Positions 42,449 through 53,166 of a DNA stretch of 64,000 nucleotides are shown here, in pieces. Within the stretch, counting starts at the first letter, position 1, and every line of letters starts with the position of its first letter. The stretch lies in NCBI GenBank assembly GCA_964443845.1, contig CAYUFA010000002.1:4595-68594 (forward strand), read 5' to 3'. Source of the stretch: an uncultured Ectothiorhodospiraceae bacterium (lineage in GTDB: Bacteria > Pseudomonadota > Gammaproteobacteria > UBA9214). A program made the position numbers and the translations under genes. The notes beneath the pieces were generated by a model. It saw only the letters and a list, made by a program, of their open reading frames with translations. It searched no databases and was not told the origin of the DNA.

Positions 42449-43666
42449 ATGACCCTGATCCGCCCATTTGCCGGCCTGCGCCCGGTCCCGGGGCGCGCCG
42501 CTGATGTGGTTGCGCCCCCGTATGACGTGCTCAGCAGCAGCGAGGCACGGGCGCGTGCCCAGGGCAGGCCCTGGAGTTTTCTGCATGTTTCCCGGGCGGA
42601 AATCGACCTTCCCGAGACCACGGACCCGTATGACGCACGTGTCTACCGGACTGCCGCGGACAACCTGCAGCGCATGATCGCGGCCGGGGTGCTGGTGCGT
42701 GATTCCGCCCCCTGCTACTACGTCTGCCGGATGCGCATGGGCGATCACGTCCAGAGCGGTATCGTGGCCGCCGCCAGCGTGGCGGACTACAACCGCAACC
42801 GTATCCGCAGGCACGAATTCACCCGGCCCGACAAGGAGGATGACCGGGTGCGGCAGATCGAGGCACTCAACGCGCAGACCGGGCCGGTACTGCTTGCCAG
42901 CCCGACCAGTGAGGCGGTGAACGCGATTCTCGAGCGTGTCACGGCAGACCCGCCGGAGGTGGACGTCGTGGCGGATGACGGGGTCGGGCACATGCTGTGG
43001 GTGGTGCGCGATGCCTCGCTGATCCGCATCATCACGGACACCTTCGAGAGCATGGATGCGCTGTACATCGCGGACGGTCACCATCGTTCCGCTGCCGCAG
43101 CCCGCGTTGCCGCAGCGCGTCCGGAGGATGTTGCCGCGGCGGGTTTCCTCGCGGTGATCTTCCCGCATGAACAGATGCGGATCCTCGACTACAACCGGGT
43201 CGTGCGTGATCTTGCCGGGATGTCGGCGGAAAACCTGTTGTCCCGGATCAGCGCCGACTTCAGCGTTTCCGTCAGCCGGCAGGCGGTCCGTCCCGATGCC
43301 CCCGGCCGGTTCGGGATGTATCTGGCGGGGCAATGGTACCGGCTGCAGATCCACCCGCAGCGGGTGCCGGACGATCCGGTGGGCCGGCTGGATGTCAGCC
43401 TGCTGGCCGACCACCTGCTTGGCCCGGTGCTTGGAATCACCGATCCCCGGCGCGATGACCGGATCGGTTTTGTCGGTGGTATACGCGGTCTGGGCGAACT
43501 CGAGCAACGCGTGGACAGCGGCGCCATGGCGGTGGCCTTTGCCCTGTACCCGACACGCATGCAGGACCTGATGGCGGTCGCCGATGCCGGCCGGGTCATG
43601 CCGCCCAAGTCCACCTGGTTCGAACCGAAACTGGCCGATGGGCTGGTCTCCCTGGTGTTGTCCTGA
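42449..43666 (+). CDS. DUF1015 domain-containing protein
   Basis: The N-terminus MTLIRPFAGLRPVPGRAADVVAPPYDV is typical of DUF1015. Confidence 0.85.
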   Translation: MTLIRPFAGLRPVPGRAADVVAPPYDVLSSSEARARAQGRPWSFLHVSRAEIDLPETTDPYDARVYRTAADNLQRMIAAGVLVRDSAPCYYVCRMRMGDHVQSGIVAAASVADYNRNRIRRHEFTRPDKEDDRVRQIEALNAQTGPVLLASPTSEAVNAILERVTADPPEVDVVADDGVGHMLWVVRDASLIRIITDTFESMDALYIADGHHRSAAAARVAAARPEDVAAAGFLAVIFPHEQMRILDYNRVVRDLAGMSAENLLSRISADFSVSVSRQAVRPDAPGRFGMYLAGQWYRLQIHPQRVPDDPVGRLDVSLLADHLLGPVLGITDPRRDDRIGFVGGIRGLGELEQRVDSGAMAVAFALYPTRMQDLMAVADAGRVMPPKSTWFEPKLADGLVSLVLS

Positions 43667-44017
43667 GGTCGCCGGGCGCAGCGGTGCAGCCGTGCAGGTT
43701 CCTCCGGCCATGCGCAGGCAAATGCTATCCGCGTGTGACACCGCTGACCTCGTATCCCGAATTGACCGACCGGACAGGCAGGTAGCACCTGCCGCAGTGC
43801 CGGCCCCGACTACCGGTTATTCGGCCACCGGCTGCTTCTCTTGAGCACACGCATATATGGAATCAGGCCGTGCCGCCGGCGCATTCCTGCCGCGCTGCAC
43901 CACGGGTGTTTCCTGGCAAACCGATTCCTGCTAGCATGCAAGTAACTGATAATAAGGTGTTTAATTTTAACCCTGCAGCGCCGTTGCGGCGCCTTGCAAT
44001 GCCTCACGGAGAACCGC

Positions 44018-44539
44018 ATGCAACCGATCACCGTCCGCCCGGAAACCAGGGAAGATGAACGCGCTATCGACGTCGTCCATATCAGCGCATTTGGTGGCGA
44101 AGCCGAGGCCCAGCTGGTGAGCGCCTTGCGTGCCTCCAGCAGTTACAACCGCGAATTGTCGCTGGTTGCGGAACTGGGTGGGCGGATCGTGGGACACGTA
44201 TTGCTGACCCGGGTGCCGCTGCGCAAGGGGGGGCAGGAAAAACACGTGCTGGCCCTCGGACCGATGTCCGTCGTGCCTTCCCAGAGTCACCGCGGGATCG
44301 GGTCGGAGCTGATCCGGGCCAGCGTTCGGCTCGCCCGGGAAAAGGGCTATGGCAGTATCGTGGTGCTGGGTCATCCCGAGTACTACCGGCGTTTTGGATT
44401 CGTACCGGCAAAGGACCTGCAGGTGACCTGCAATCTGCCGGCCCCGGCGGAGGCCCTGACCGCCCTGGAGGTCGAACCCGGCAACCTGGCCGACGGCGGC
44501 CACGTGGAATATCCGGAGCCGTTTGTCGCATTGTACTAG
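44018..44539 (+). CDS. GNAT family N-acetyltransferase
   Basis: The YhbS-like sequence includes an acetyl-CoA-binding motif, SHRGIGSELIR. The start was taken at MQPITVRP; the ORF opens at 43994. Confidence 0.8.
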   Translation: MQPITVRPETREDERAIDVVHISAFGGEAEAQLVSALRASSSYNRELSLVAELGGRIVGHVLLTRVPLRKGGQEKHVLALGPMSVVPSQSHRGIGSELIRASVRLAREKGYGSIVVLGHPEYYRRFGFVPAKDLQVTCNLPAPAEALTALEVEPGNLADGGHVEYPEPFVALY

Positions 44540-44647
44540 CGCCTGCCCCGGGATCCCGTGCGGCTGCGGGCGGGGCTGCCAGGCGGCGTGCTGCCCGCGA
44601 CTGCGTGCGTGCGCCGACACCGACCCGGGCTGCACCGGGCCGTTCGC

Positions 44648-45658
44648 TCAGCAATCCTGCAACGGCGTCTTGGCGTGCGCGCCGGGCAGTTCACGCACCA
44701 GGCGCGGAACGAGGTAGCCCGGCAGCGCGGCGCGCAGCTCCTTGACCAGCGTCCGCGCACGGCCGTCATCCACCGCGAAATGTGCCGCCCCCTGCACGGC
44801 ATCCAGCTGGTGCAGGTAATAGGGCAGCACGCCCGTGGCAAACAGGGCGCGGCTCAGTGCCACCAGGTCCTGCACCGTGTCGTTGACAGCGCGCAGCAGT
44901 ACCGACTGGTTCAGCAGGATGACGCCCGTCGCGGCGAGACGCTGCATGGCGCCGTGCACGGCATCGTCGATCTCGTTGGCGTGGTTGCAGTGCATCACCA
45001 TGACCACCTGCATGCGCTGCTGCCGGACCCAGGCCAGCAATCCGTCGTCGACCCGTTCCGGCAGGACGATCGGCATCCGGGTATGGATGCGCAGGGTGTG
45101 CAGTTGCGGCAGCGCGGACAGGCGGGTCGTGATCTCCCCGAGTCGCAGGTCGGTGAGGCTGAGCGGATCGCCGCCACTGAGAATGATCTCGCAGATGTCC
45201 GGATGCCGTGCCAGGTAGTCCAGCGCCGCTTCCAGGTGTTCGTGCAGCGGATTTGCCGCGCCGTAGGGATAGTGGCGGCGGAAGCAATACCGGCAGTGGA
45301 TCGCGCAGGCGCCGGTGAGCGTCAGCAACGCGCGCCCCTGGTACTTGTGCAGCAGCCCCGGGCTGGGCATGGCAGACAGCTCGCCCAGCGGATCAGGCGT
45401 GAAGCCGGCAACCGGGCGGGTCTCCTCGACCAGTGGCAGGACCTGGCGCAACAGCGGGTCATGGATATCGCCCTTGCGCATGCGCCGCGCATAGCCGTGT
45501 GTCACCCGGACGGGAAAGTCGCTGGCCAGCGGGTGGAGCGTGCCGCCCGGGGGATCGATTTCCAGCAGCCGCAGCAGTTCATCGGCGGAGCGGATGGCGC
45601 CGGCGAGCAGGGTCTGCCAGTGGGGCCTGTACTCCAGGCCCGGTATTCGGGGTATCAT
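44648..45658 (-). CDS. epmB: EF-P beta-lysylation protein EpmB (lysine 2,3-aminomutase family, radical SAM)
   Basis: CAIHCRYCFRR radical-SAM motif. Divergent from efp. Confidence 0.92.
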   Translation of the reverse strand: MIPRIPGLEYRPHWQTLLAGAIRSADELLRLLEIDPPGGTLHPLASDFPVRVTHGYARRMRKGDIHDPLLRQVLPLVEETRPVAGFTPDPLGELSAMPSPGLLHKYQGRALLTLTGACAIHCRYCFRRHYPYGAANPLHEHLEAALDYLARHPDICEIILSGGDPLSLTDLRLGEITTRLSALPQLHTLRIHTRMPIVLPERVDDGLLAWVRQQRMQVVMVMHCNHANEIDDAVHGAMQRLAATGVILLNQSVLLRAVNDTVQDLVALSRALFATGVLPYYLHQLDAVQGAAHFAVDDGRARTLVKELRAALPGYLVPRLVRELPGAHAKTPLQDC

Positions 45659-45695
45659 AGCCCGCGTTTTTCACTCTCTGGATTGAAAGTCACCA

Positions 45696-46265
45696 ATGGC
45701 ATCGTACAGTACCAACGAATTCAAGGGCGGGCTCAAGATCATGCTGGACGGTGATCCGTGCGCCATCATTGAAAACGAATTTGTAAAACCCGGCAAGGGC
45801 CAGGCCTTCAACCGGGTCAGGATCCGCAATCTCAAGACCGGCCGCGTCATCGAGCGCACCTTCAAGTCCGGCGAATCCGTGGAGGCTGCCGACGTGATGG
45901 ACGTTGACCTGCAGTACCTGTACAGCGATGGCGAGTTCTGGCATTTCATGCACCCGCAATCCTACGAACAGCAGGCGGCCGATGCCACCGCGGTGGGTGA
46001 TACCAGGTACTGGCTGAAAGAGCAGGACATGTGCCAGGTCACCCTCTGGAACGGCAACCCGCTGGCGGTCACACCGCCCAACTTTGTGTATCTCGCGGTC
46101 ACGGAAACCGATCCGGGGGTGCGCGGGGATACCTCGGGTGGCGGCGGCAAGCCGGCGACACTGGAGACCGGTGCGGTGGTGCGCGTGCCGCTGTTCATCG
46201 AGGTTGGCGAGGTGCTGAAGATCGATACCCGCACCGGTGAATACGTCAGCCGCGCCAGGGACTAG
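45696..46265 (+). CDS. efp: Elongation factor P
   Basis: The KPGKGQAF loop carries the modifiable Lys. Length is 189 aa. Confidence 0.98.
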   Translation: MASYSTNEFKGGLKIMLDGDPCAIIENEFVKPGKGQAFNRVRIRNLKTGRVIERTFKSGESVEAADVMDVDLQYLYSDGEFWHFMHPQSYEQQAADATAVGDTRYWLKEQDMCQVTLWNGNPLAVTPPNFVYLAVTETDPGVRGDTSGGGGKPATLETGAVVRVPLFIEVGEVLKIDTRTGEYVSRARD

Positions 46266-46303
46266 CGGGTTGCGCTGACCGACCGCGCGCCTCACCCGGT
46301 ACC

Positions 46304-47302
46304 TTGTCCGACCCGATACCCACGCACGCAGACTGGCCACCGGCCGCTTCCCTGGAGGTTTTGCGGATGCGCGCGCGGCTGGTGCGGCGCATCCGGACCT
46401 TCTTCGATCGTGCCGGTGTGCTCGAGGTCGACACGCCGGCGTTGTCGGTGGCGGCGACACCGGCACCGCACCTGGCCAGTTTCCGCACGCGCTACCACGG
46501 ACCGGGCGCGCTGGACGGTCAGGCGTTGTACCTGCACACCTCGCCCGAGTTCGCCATGAAGCGCCTGCTGGCCGCCGGCAGCGGTTCGATCTACCAGCTG
46601 TGCAAGGTGTTTCGGGACGGCGAGGCCGGCAGCAATCACAATCCCGAGTTCACCCTGCTGGAATGGTACCGCGTTGACTACGACCATCTCGACCTGATGG
46701 ACGAGGTCGAGCTCCTGCTGACGGCGGTGCTCACGGGTATCCTGCCCCTGGCCGGTGTGCATCACTGGGCCTGGCGGGACCTGTTCCTGGAATTCGCGGG
46801 TGTGGACCCGTTCGTGGTCACGGTCGGCGAGCTGGGTGGGCTGCTGGAAAAACATGCGATCGTTCCGGTCGGCATGCAGGATGCAGACCACGATGACTGG
46901 CTGGACCTGGTGATGACACACGTGATCGAACCCCGCCTCGGCGCCGGTCTGGTGTTCGTGCGGGACTATCCGGCGAGCCAGGCGGCACTGGCGCGGATAC
47001 GCCCGACGCAACCTGCGGTGGCTTCCCGCTTCGAGGCCTACCTGAACGGCGTGGAGATTGCCAACGGGTTCCACGAACTCGCGGATGCCGGTGCGCAGCG
47101 CAGCCGGTTCCGGCAGGAACTCGCGCGCCGGGACCGGCGCCGGTTGCCGGCGGTGCCGCTGGACGAGCGGTTACTGGAGGCGCTGGCACACGGTCTGCCG
47201 GACTGTGCCGGGGTGGCGCTCGGGGTCGACCGTCTGGTGATGCTGGCCTGCGGTGCGCGCAGCCTGTCCGATGTGCTGGCATTCCCGTTCGACCGTGCGT
47301 GA
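46304..47302 (+). CDS. epmA: EF-P--(R)-beta-lysine ligase EpmA (PoxA/GenX)
   Basis: Truncated class II LysRS-like sequence (YLHTSPEFAMKRLL, NPEFTLLEWY). Adjacent to efp. Confidence 0.93.
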   Translation: MSDPIPTHADWPPAASLEVLRMRARLVRRIRTFFDRAGVLEVDTPALSVAATPAPHLASFRTRYHGPGALDGQALYLHTSPEFAMKRLLAAGSGSIYQLCKVFRDGEAGSNHNPEFTLLEWYRVDYDHLDLMDEVELLLTAVLTGILPLAGVHHWAWRDLFLEFAGVDPFVVTVGELGGLLEKHAIVPVGMQDADHDDWLDLVMTHVIEPRLGAGLVFVRDYPASQAALARIRPTQPAVASRFEAYLNGVEIANGFHELADAGAQRSRFRQELARRDRRRLPAVPLDERLLEALAHGLPDCAGVALGVDRLVMLACGARSLSDVLAFPFDRA

Positions 47303-47350
47303 ACCCGGGTCGGTCTTGTAACGGCCCGCTCAATCTCTGAAACTCCGGAT

Positions 47351-48466
47351 ATGCCCGCCACCGCACCGCAACCGGCTGCCCTTCAGCTCGATGATCGTGT
47401 CCTGCGTTGCCATGGCAGCTGGACGCTTGGCCACCTGGCCGGCCTGCGCACTGCCGTGCAGGGGCTGACGCTGCCGGCCGGTGCCGCCCTGACGCTGGAT
47501 GGTGACGGCATCGCGGCCATCGATACGGCGGGGGCCTGGTTGCTGCTGGAACTGCGCAAGCGGGTCGAGGCGGCAGGCGGGAGTCTCGACTGGCGCACGC
47601 TGCGCGCCTCCTGGCAGCACATGCTCGAGTTTCTCCTGCAGACGGCCGGGGAGAAGGCCACGCCCCTGCCGCAACGCAGATCCCCCTCCTGGCTGGACCG
47701 GAGCGCGGATCTCGGGGCCAGCCTGACCAGCTTTCTGGCGTTTATCGGGGAAACGATCCTCGCGCTGCTGGTCACCTTGCGGCATCCCGGCCGGGTGCGC
47801 TGGACCGAGCTGCTGGATGACATGTTCGAGACCGGCGTCAACGCCTTGCCCATCATCGGTCTGCTGTCGTTTCTCATGGGGGTCGTGATCGCCTACCAGG
47901 GCGCGGTGCAGCTCAGGCAGTACGGTGCGAATATCTACCTGGCGGACCTGGTCGGCTATTCCATGTTGCGTGAACTGGCGCCGCTGCTGACCGCGATCCT
48001 GGTGTGTGGACGTACCGGGTCTGCCTACGCGGCAAAGATCGGCACCATGAAAGTGCGCGAGGAGGTCGATGCCCTGCAGACCATCGGTATCTCCCCGGTC
48101 GACCTGCTGGTGTTGCCCAAGCTGCTGTCCCTGCTGATCGTGCTGCCGCTGCTCTCGGTCTACGCCGACGTGATGTCCATGCTCGGTGGCATGTTCATGG
48201 CCAGCGTGCAGCTCGGGGTCGGCTACCACGCGTTTCTCGCGCGACTGGGCGAGGCCATCGATTACAGCACCTTCATGATCGGGATCAGCAAGACACCCGT
48301 GTTCGCGGCGATCATCGCCGTGGTCGGCTGTTACCAGGGATTCCACGTGGCGGGCAGTGCCGAAAGCGTCGGGCGGCAAACCACGGTCAGCGTGGTGCAG
48401 TCCATTTTCCTCGTGATCGTGGTGGACGCGATCTTCTCCATCGTCACCAGCCTGCTGGGGGTGTAG
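47351..48466 (+). CDS. MlaE-family ABC transporter permease with an N-terminal STAS-like domain
   Basis: The first ~100 aa are a soluble STAS-like region (LDGDGIAAIDTAGAWLLLEL). An MlaE-like polytopic domain follows. Confidence 0.85.
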   Translation: MPATAPQPAALQLDDRVLRCHGSWTLGHLAGLRTAVQGLTLPAGAALTLDGDGIAAIDTAGAWLLLELRKRVEAAGGSLDWRTLRASWQHMLEFLLQTAGEKATPLPQRRSPSWLDRSADLGASLTSFLAFIGETILALLVTLRHPGRVRWTELLDDMFETGVNALPIIGLLSFLMGVVIAYQGAVQLRQYGANIYLADLVGYSMLRELAPLLTAILVCGRTGSAYAAKIGTMKVREEVDALQTIGISPVDLLVLPKLLSLLIVLPLLSVYADVMSMLGGMFMASVQLGVGYHAFLARLGEAIDYSTFMIGISKTPVFAAIIAVVGCYQGFHVAGSAESVGRQTTVSVVQSIFLVIVVDAIFSIVTSLLGV

Positions 48467-48470
48467 CGGA

Positions 48471-49265
48471 ATGGCCGCGCCGCAGCAGGCAGTGGACGGG
48501 CGCGAAGTCGTCATCCGGCTGCGCGGTGTGCGCACCGTGTTCGGCGAGCGGGTGATCCACGACGGGGTCGACCTCGACGTGTACCGGGGCGAGGTGCTGG
48601 CACTGGTCGGCGGCAGCGGCAGCGGCAAGAGCACCCTGCTGCGCGAAATGATCATGCTGCACGCCCCGGACGGCGGCTCGATTCGCCTGTTCGGCGTGGA
48701 ACTGGCCGGGATTCGCATGCGGGAGGCCGACGCACTGCGGCGGCGGATCGGGGTGCTGTTCCAGCAGGGCGCCCTGTTCAGCGCACTGACCGTACTGCAG
48801 AACGTGGGCCTGCCGCTGCGGGAACACACCCGGCTGGACGATGCGATGATCGACGCACTGGCACGGATCAAGATTGCCCAGGCCGGATTGCCCGCGGTGG
48901 CCGCGGGTCTGTACCCGAGCGAACTCAGCGGCGGCATGATCAAGCGGGCGGCACTGGCACGTGCCATGGCGCTGGATCCGGAGATCCTGTTTCTGGATGA
49001 GCCGACCTCCGGGCTGGACCCGACCAGCGCCGGTCTGTTCGACCAGCTGATACTTCACCTCAGGGAACTGCTGGGTCTGACGGTGCTGATGGTGACACAC
49101 GACCTCGACTCGCTGTGGGACGTGGCGGACCGTGTCGCCGTGCTGGGAGATGGTAGAATGCAGGGCGTGGACAGCATGAGTACCCTGGCGAAATCGACCC
49201 GGCCGCACATCCGGGAATACTTCGAGGGTCCGCGGGCGCGGGCAATGCGGGAGCGGAAATGCTGA
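48471..49265 (+). CDS. ABC transporter ATP-binding protein (MlaF-like)
   Basis: Walker A GGSGSGKST, signature LSGGM, and Walker B ILFLDEPT. Confidence 0.9.
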   Translation: MAAPQQAVDGREVVIRLRGVRTVFGERVIHDGVDLDVYRGEVLALVGGSGSGKSTLLREMIMLHAPDGGSIRLFGVELAGIRMREADALRRRIGVLFQQGALFSALTVLQNVGLPLREHTRLDDAMIDALARIKIAQAGLPAVAAGLYPSELSGGMIKRAALARAMALDPEILFLDEPTSGLDPTSAGLFDQLILHLRELLGLTVLMVTHDLDSLWDVADRVAVLGDGRMQGVDSMSTLAKSTRPHIREYFEGPRARAMRERKC

Positions 49266-50188
49266 ATCGTCGTGTGAACCATGCCCTGGTCGGCCTGTTC
49301 GTGATCGTGCTGGGACTGGTGTGGCTGGTGATCACACTGTGGCTGGCACTGGGTGATTATTCCACCCACTACAAGACCTATCGCGTCTACCTGGATGAAT
49401 CGGTGGCCGGTCTGTATCTCGATGCGCCGGTGAAATACCGGGGCGTCGAGGTGGGCAAGGTGACCCGTATCGAACTGAACCCGAAGGTTCCGGACCAGGT
49501 GCGGCTGACACTCGACGTGGTCTCCTCCACACCGATCCGGGAGGACACCGAGGCGCAACTTGCGGTCCAGGGCCTGACTGGCATCGCGTTCGTCGACCTG
49601 AAGGGGGGCAGTGCCGGTTCCCCGCTGCTGGAAGCGAAGGAGGGCGAGGATTATCCGGTGATCCGGTCCTCACCCTCGTTCTTCACCCGTCTCGATACCA
49701 GCGGTACGGAACTGATCGCCAACGTCAACAATATCGCCGACCGGCTTTCGAAACTGCTGGACACCCAGGGGCGGGAATCCGTCAAGGAAATCCTGAATAA
49801 CCTCAGCGTCATCACCGGCGCGCTGGCCCGGCACCGCAAGGAAATGGACCGCAGCGTGGTGAGTGCGTCGAAGCTGCTGGAGAATACTGCCACGGCCAGT
49901 GACCGCCTGCCTGCACTGCTGGCACAGGTGCAGGAGACCGCGCATTCGTTCCGGGATATGGCGGACAACGTCAGCAAGGCCAGCGACCGGCTGAATACCT
50001 ACCTGGGCGGCAGTGGCCCCGGTGTCCAGCAGTTCTCCCGCCAGACCCTGCCGGAACTGGGTGCCCTCGTTACCGAACTGCGCGACCTGGCCGTGAGCCT
50101 GCGCAGTGTCAGCAGCAAGCTGGAGGAAGACCCGCGGGTGCTGCTGTATGGCAACCAGCTGGAGGCGCCGGGGCCGGGAGAGAAATGA
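49259..50188 (+). CDS. MlaD/MCE-domain substrate-binding protein
   Basis: N-terminal TM helix followed by an MCE domain (VKYRGVEVGKV). Confidence 0.88.
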   Translation: MLNRRVNHALVGLFVIVLGLVWLVITLWLALGDYSTHYKTYRVYLDESVAGLYLDAPVKYRGVEVGKVTRIELNPKVPDQVRLTLDVVSSTPIREDTEAQLAVQGLTGIAFVDLKGGSAGSPLLEAKEGEDYPVIRSSPSFFTRLDTSGTELIANVNNIADRLSKLLDTQGRESVKEILNNLSVITGALARHRKEMDRSVVSASKLLENTATASDRLPALLAQVQETAHSFRDMADNVSKASDRLNTYLGGSGPGVQQFSRQTLPELGALVTELRDLAVSLRSVSSKLEEDPRVLLYGNQLEAPGPGEK

Positions 50189-50793
50189 TGTCTGTGATGA
50201 AACTGTTTGCCCGGGCCTGCCTGGTACTGCTGGTGAGCGGGTGTACGTTGCTTCCCGCGCCGCAACAAACCGCCAGCGAACGCTATGTACTCGAATATTC
50301 GCCGGCCACGCCGGCCCCCGCCAGCGGAGACCGGCCCGTGCTGATCGTGGGCACGCCTGCGGCGAACGGCGCCTACGATTCTTCCCGGATCGCGTACCTG
50401 CAGCAGCAGTATGGACTGCGCTACTATGCACGCAGCCGCTGGGCCGATTCCCCGGCCAGCATGCTGGCACCCCTGCTGGTCGAGGCGCTCAACGCCGGCG
50501 GCAGGCTCCGGGCGGTGGGGGCGGATAGCGGCGGGATTGCCGCCACCCTGCGTCTGGACAGCACGTTGCTGCGCTTTTACCAGGACTTTACCGTCCATCC
50601 CAGCCGGATGCGCATCACCCTGCGCGTACAACTGGTCGACCTGCGGGCGCAGCGGGTGGTCGCCTCCCGGGTGTTCGATATCCAGGAGCCGGCCGCCACG
50701 GATGACACCTACGGTGGCGTGCAGGCCGCGAACCGCGGGGTCGCTGCATTGCTGCAGCAGGTTGTGGACTTCTGTACCGCGCACGCCGGCTAG
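50185..50793 (+). CDS. ABC-type transport auxiliary lipoprotein (PqiC/YmbA-like)
   Basis: Lipobox LLVSGC. It overlaps the MCE gene, and its size and position are typical for this auxiliary component. Confidence 0.8.
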   Translation: MMSVMKLFARACLVLLVSGCTLLPAPQQTASERYVLEYSPATPAPASGDRPVLIVGTPAANGAYDSSRIAYLQQQYGLRYYARSRWADSPASMLAPLLVEALNAGGRLRAVGADSGGIAATLRLDSTLLRFYQDFTVHPSRMRITLRVQLVDLRAQRVVASRVFDIQEPAATDDTYGGVQAANRGVAALLQQVVDFCTAHAG

Positions 50794-50796
50794 CGC

Positions 50797-51540
50797 ATGT
50801 CCGGCATGTTGTCGCGGGTCCGCGTCGTCCTGAGCCATACCAGCCATCCCGGGAACATCGGTGCGGTGGCGCGGGCCATGAAAACCATGGGCCTGACGCA
50901 GCTGTACCTGCTCAATCCGCAACGTTTCCCGGATGCCGAGGCAACAGCCCGGGCCTCCGGGGCTGATGACCTGCTGGCAAACGCCAGGGTGTGCACCAGG
51001 CTGGACGAGTCACTCTCGGGCTGCCGGCTGGTGCTGGGTGCAAGTGCGCGCGCGCGCCGCATTCCCTGCCCGGTGATCGGGCCGGCAGACGGTGCCCGCT
51101 GGACGGTGGAGGCGGCCGCGCAGGGTGAGGTGGCGCTGCTGTTCGGCTGCGAGCAGTCCGGGCTGAGCAACCGGGAGATCGATCGCTGCCATTCCCTGGT
51201 GCGCATCCCGACCAACCCGGAATACGGTTCGCTCAACCTCGCTGCCGCGGTACAGATCCTCGGTTACGAGGTCCGGGTTGCCAGCCTCGCCGGGGCTGCC
51301 GCCGCACCGCCCGCTGTGCAGGTACCGGTGAGTGTCGACGAACTGGAGCGGTTTTATGTCCACCTGGAACAGACCCTCGTGCAACTGGGGTTTCTGGATC
51401 CCGCGCACCCGCGTCAGCTGATGCGGCGCCTGCGCCGCCTCTACAACCGCGCAAGACCGGACGAAAACGAGGTGAATATCCTGCGCGGGATACTCACCGC
51501 GACGCAGGAATATCTGCAACGCAATGCGCGCGGACAGTGA
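50797..51540 (+). CDS. trmJ: tRNA (cytidine/uridine-2'-O-)-methyltransferase TrmJ
   Basis: SpoU/TrmH motifs (HPGNIGAVARAMKTMG, NLAAAVQI) and trmJ-cysE-iscR synteny. Confidence 0.9.
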   Translation: MSGMLSRVRVVLSHTSHPGNIGAVARAMKTMGLTQLYLLNPQRFPDAEATARASGADDLLANARVCTRLDESLSGCRLVLGASARARRIPCPVIGPADGARWTVEAAAQGEVALLFGCEQSGLSNREIDRCHSLVRIPTNPEYGSLNLAAAVQILGYEVRVASLAGAAAAPPAVQVPVSVDELERFYVHLEQTLVQLGFLDPAHPRQLMRRLRRLYNRARPDENEVNILRGILTATQEYLQRNARGQ

Positions 51541-51606
51541 CATTGTGCGGCTGTTTTACGCTGGCATACACTGTGCGTGTCGGTAACCGGAGCAAGGCCA
51601 TCGCCC

Positions 51607-52425
51607 ATGTTTGAGAGAATCCGCGAAGACGTCCGCGTCGTGTTTGAACGCGATCCCGCCGCGCGCAACACCTTCGACATCCTGACGACGTATCCGGGTA
51701 TCCATGCCGTGCTGATGCACCGCTGGAGCCACTGGCTCTGGACGCACGGTCTGAAATGGCTGGCCCGGATGTTTTCCAACATCGCCCGCTGGTATACGGG
51801 CATCGAGATCCACCCGGGCGCGAGCATCGGCCGGCGCTTCTTTATCGACCACGGGATGGGTGTGGTGATCGGGGAAACGACCGAGATCGGCGATGACTGC
51901 ACGCTCTATCACGGTGTCACGCTGGGTGGCACGAGCTGGAACAAGGGCAAGCGTCATCCGACGCTGTGCAACAACGTGGTCATCGGCGCGGGCGCCAAGG
52001 TGCTGGGACCGATTACCATCGAGGACGGGGTCCGCATCGGTTCCAATGCCGTGGTGCTCAAGAACGTGTCGGCCGGCATGACGGTGGTGGGTGTGCCCGG
52101 ACGCCTGGTCCGGGGTCGTGCCGGCGCCGTTCCCGATGAACGCAGGCAGGCCATTGCCGCCAAGATGGGGTTCGATGCCTATGGTACGACCAGCGACATG
52201 CCGGACCCGGTGGCGACCGCGGTGAATGGCATTCTCGATCACATTCATGTCATGGACCAGCGGCTCGAGGAGATGTGCCGGGGACTCAAGCAGCTCGGTG
52301 CGGAAATGGGCGACCTGAAACTGCCGGACCTCGACTCCTGCGCCCTGAAGCACGTGGAAAATGAGGATATCGATCCGGCAGTGGAGTCGCTGTCCTCGGG
52401 GGATCCGCAGGACCGCGATTCTTGA
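51607..52425 (+). CDS. cysE: Serine O-acetyltransferase
   Basis: Hexapeptide-repeat region ([24 protein letters not shown]). It has an acidic C-terminal extension. The start was taken at MFERIRED. Confidence 0.92.
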   Translation: MFERIREDVRVVFERDPAARNTFDILTTYPGIHAVLMHRWSHWLWTHGLKWLARMFSNIARWYTGIEIHPGASIGRRFFIDHGMGVVIGETTEIGDDCTLYHGVTLGGTSWNKGKRHPTLCNNVVIGAGAKVLGPITIEDGVRIGSNAVVLKNVSAGMTVVGVPGRLVRGRAGAVPDERRQAIAAKMGFDAYGTTSDMPDPVATAVNGILDHIHVMDQRLEEMCRGLKQLGAEMGDLKLPDLDSCALKHVENEDIDPAVESLSSGDPQDRDS

Positions 52426-52483
52426 CGCATGCAGGGCGATATGAGACTTTGCCGGTAGACCCCCCGCAGCGGATGACCGGTGC

Positions 52484-52984
52484 ATGAAACTGACCAGCAA
52501 GGGCCGTTACGCGGTCACGGCGATCCTGGACCTGGCCTTCCACGTCCACGAGGGTCCGGTCAGCCTGGCGCAGATTTCCAGGCGCCAGGACATCTCGCTT
52601 TCCTACCTCGAACAATTGTTCACGCGCCTGCGCAAGCAGAAGCTGGTCAGAAGTACCCGCGGCCCCGGTGGCGGGTATTCACTGGGTCGTCCCGCGGACC
52701 GGATCTCCGTGGCGGAAGTGATCGCTGCCGTGGATGAAGCGGTGGATACCACGCGCTGCAGCGGCGCGGGGAATTGCCACGACGGACAGCAATGCCTGAC
52801 CCACGACCTGTGGGATGATTTGGGCCGGCAGATCACCGACTTTCTCGACGAGATCACGCTCCAGGACCTGCTGGAGGAAGAAGCCATCCGCTCGGTGGCG
52901 ATACGCCAGGATGAAAAGACACCGGGCGCCCAGGACACGGAAACACCGCTCGCCGGTACCCCGTCCGGGCTGGACGCTCTCTAG
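52484..52984 (+). CDS. iscR: Fe-S cluster assembly transcriptional regulator IscR (Rrf2 family)
   Basis: [19 protein letters not shown]-terminus. Cluster ligands follow the C-x5-C-x5-C-x2-H pattern ([16 protein letters not shown]). Confidence 0.9.
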   Translation: MKLTSKGRYAVTAILDLAFHVHEGPVSLAQISRRQDISLSYLEQLFTRLRKQKLVRSTRGPGGGYSLGRPADRISVAEVIAAVDEAVDTTRCSGAGNCHDGQQCLTHDLWDDLGRQITDFLDEITLQDLLEEEAIRSVAIRQDEKTPGAQDTETPLAGTPSGLDAL

Positions 52985-53166
52985 AACCCGTCTCCGATCC
53001 CCCCGCGTCGGGGCTGGCCCGGCGACCACACCGCCCTCTGACCTGCGCGGGACGCCTCCCCGACAGGCAGCCCCGCGCGTAGCCCGCACCGGGCCGTACT
53101 TCTCCCGGGCGGTTTTATATCGTTATTATCCCGGCGTAGCGCAGCGCCGCCCGGCGCGGCTGCCGG

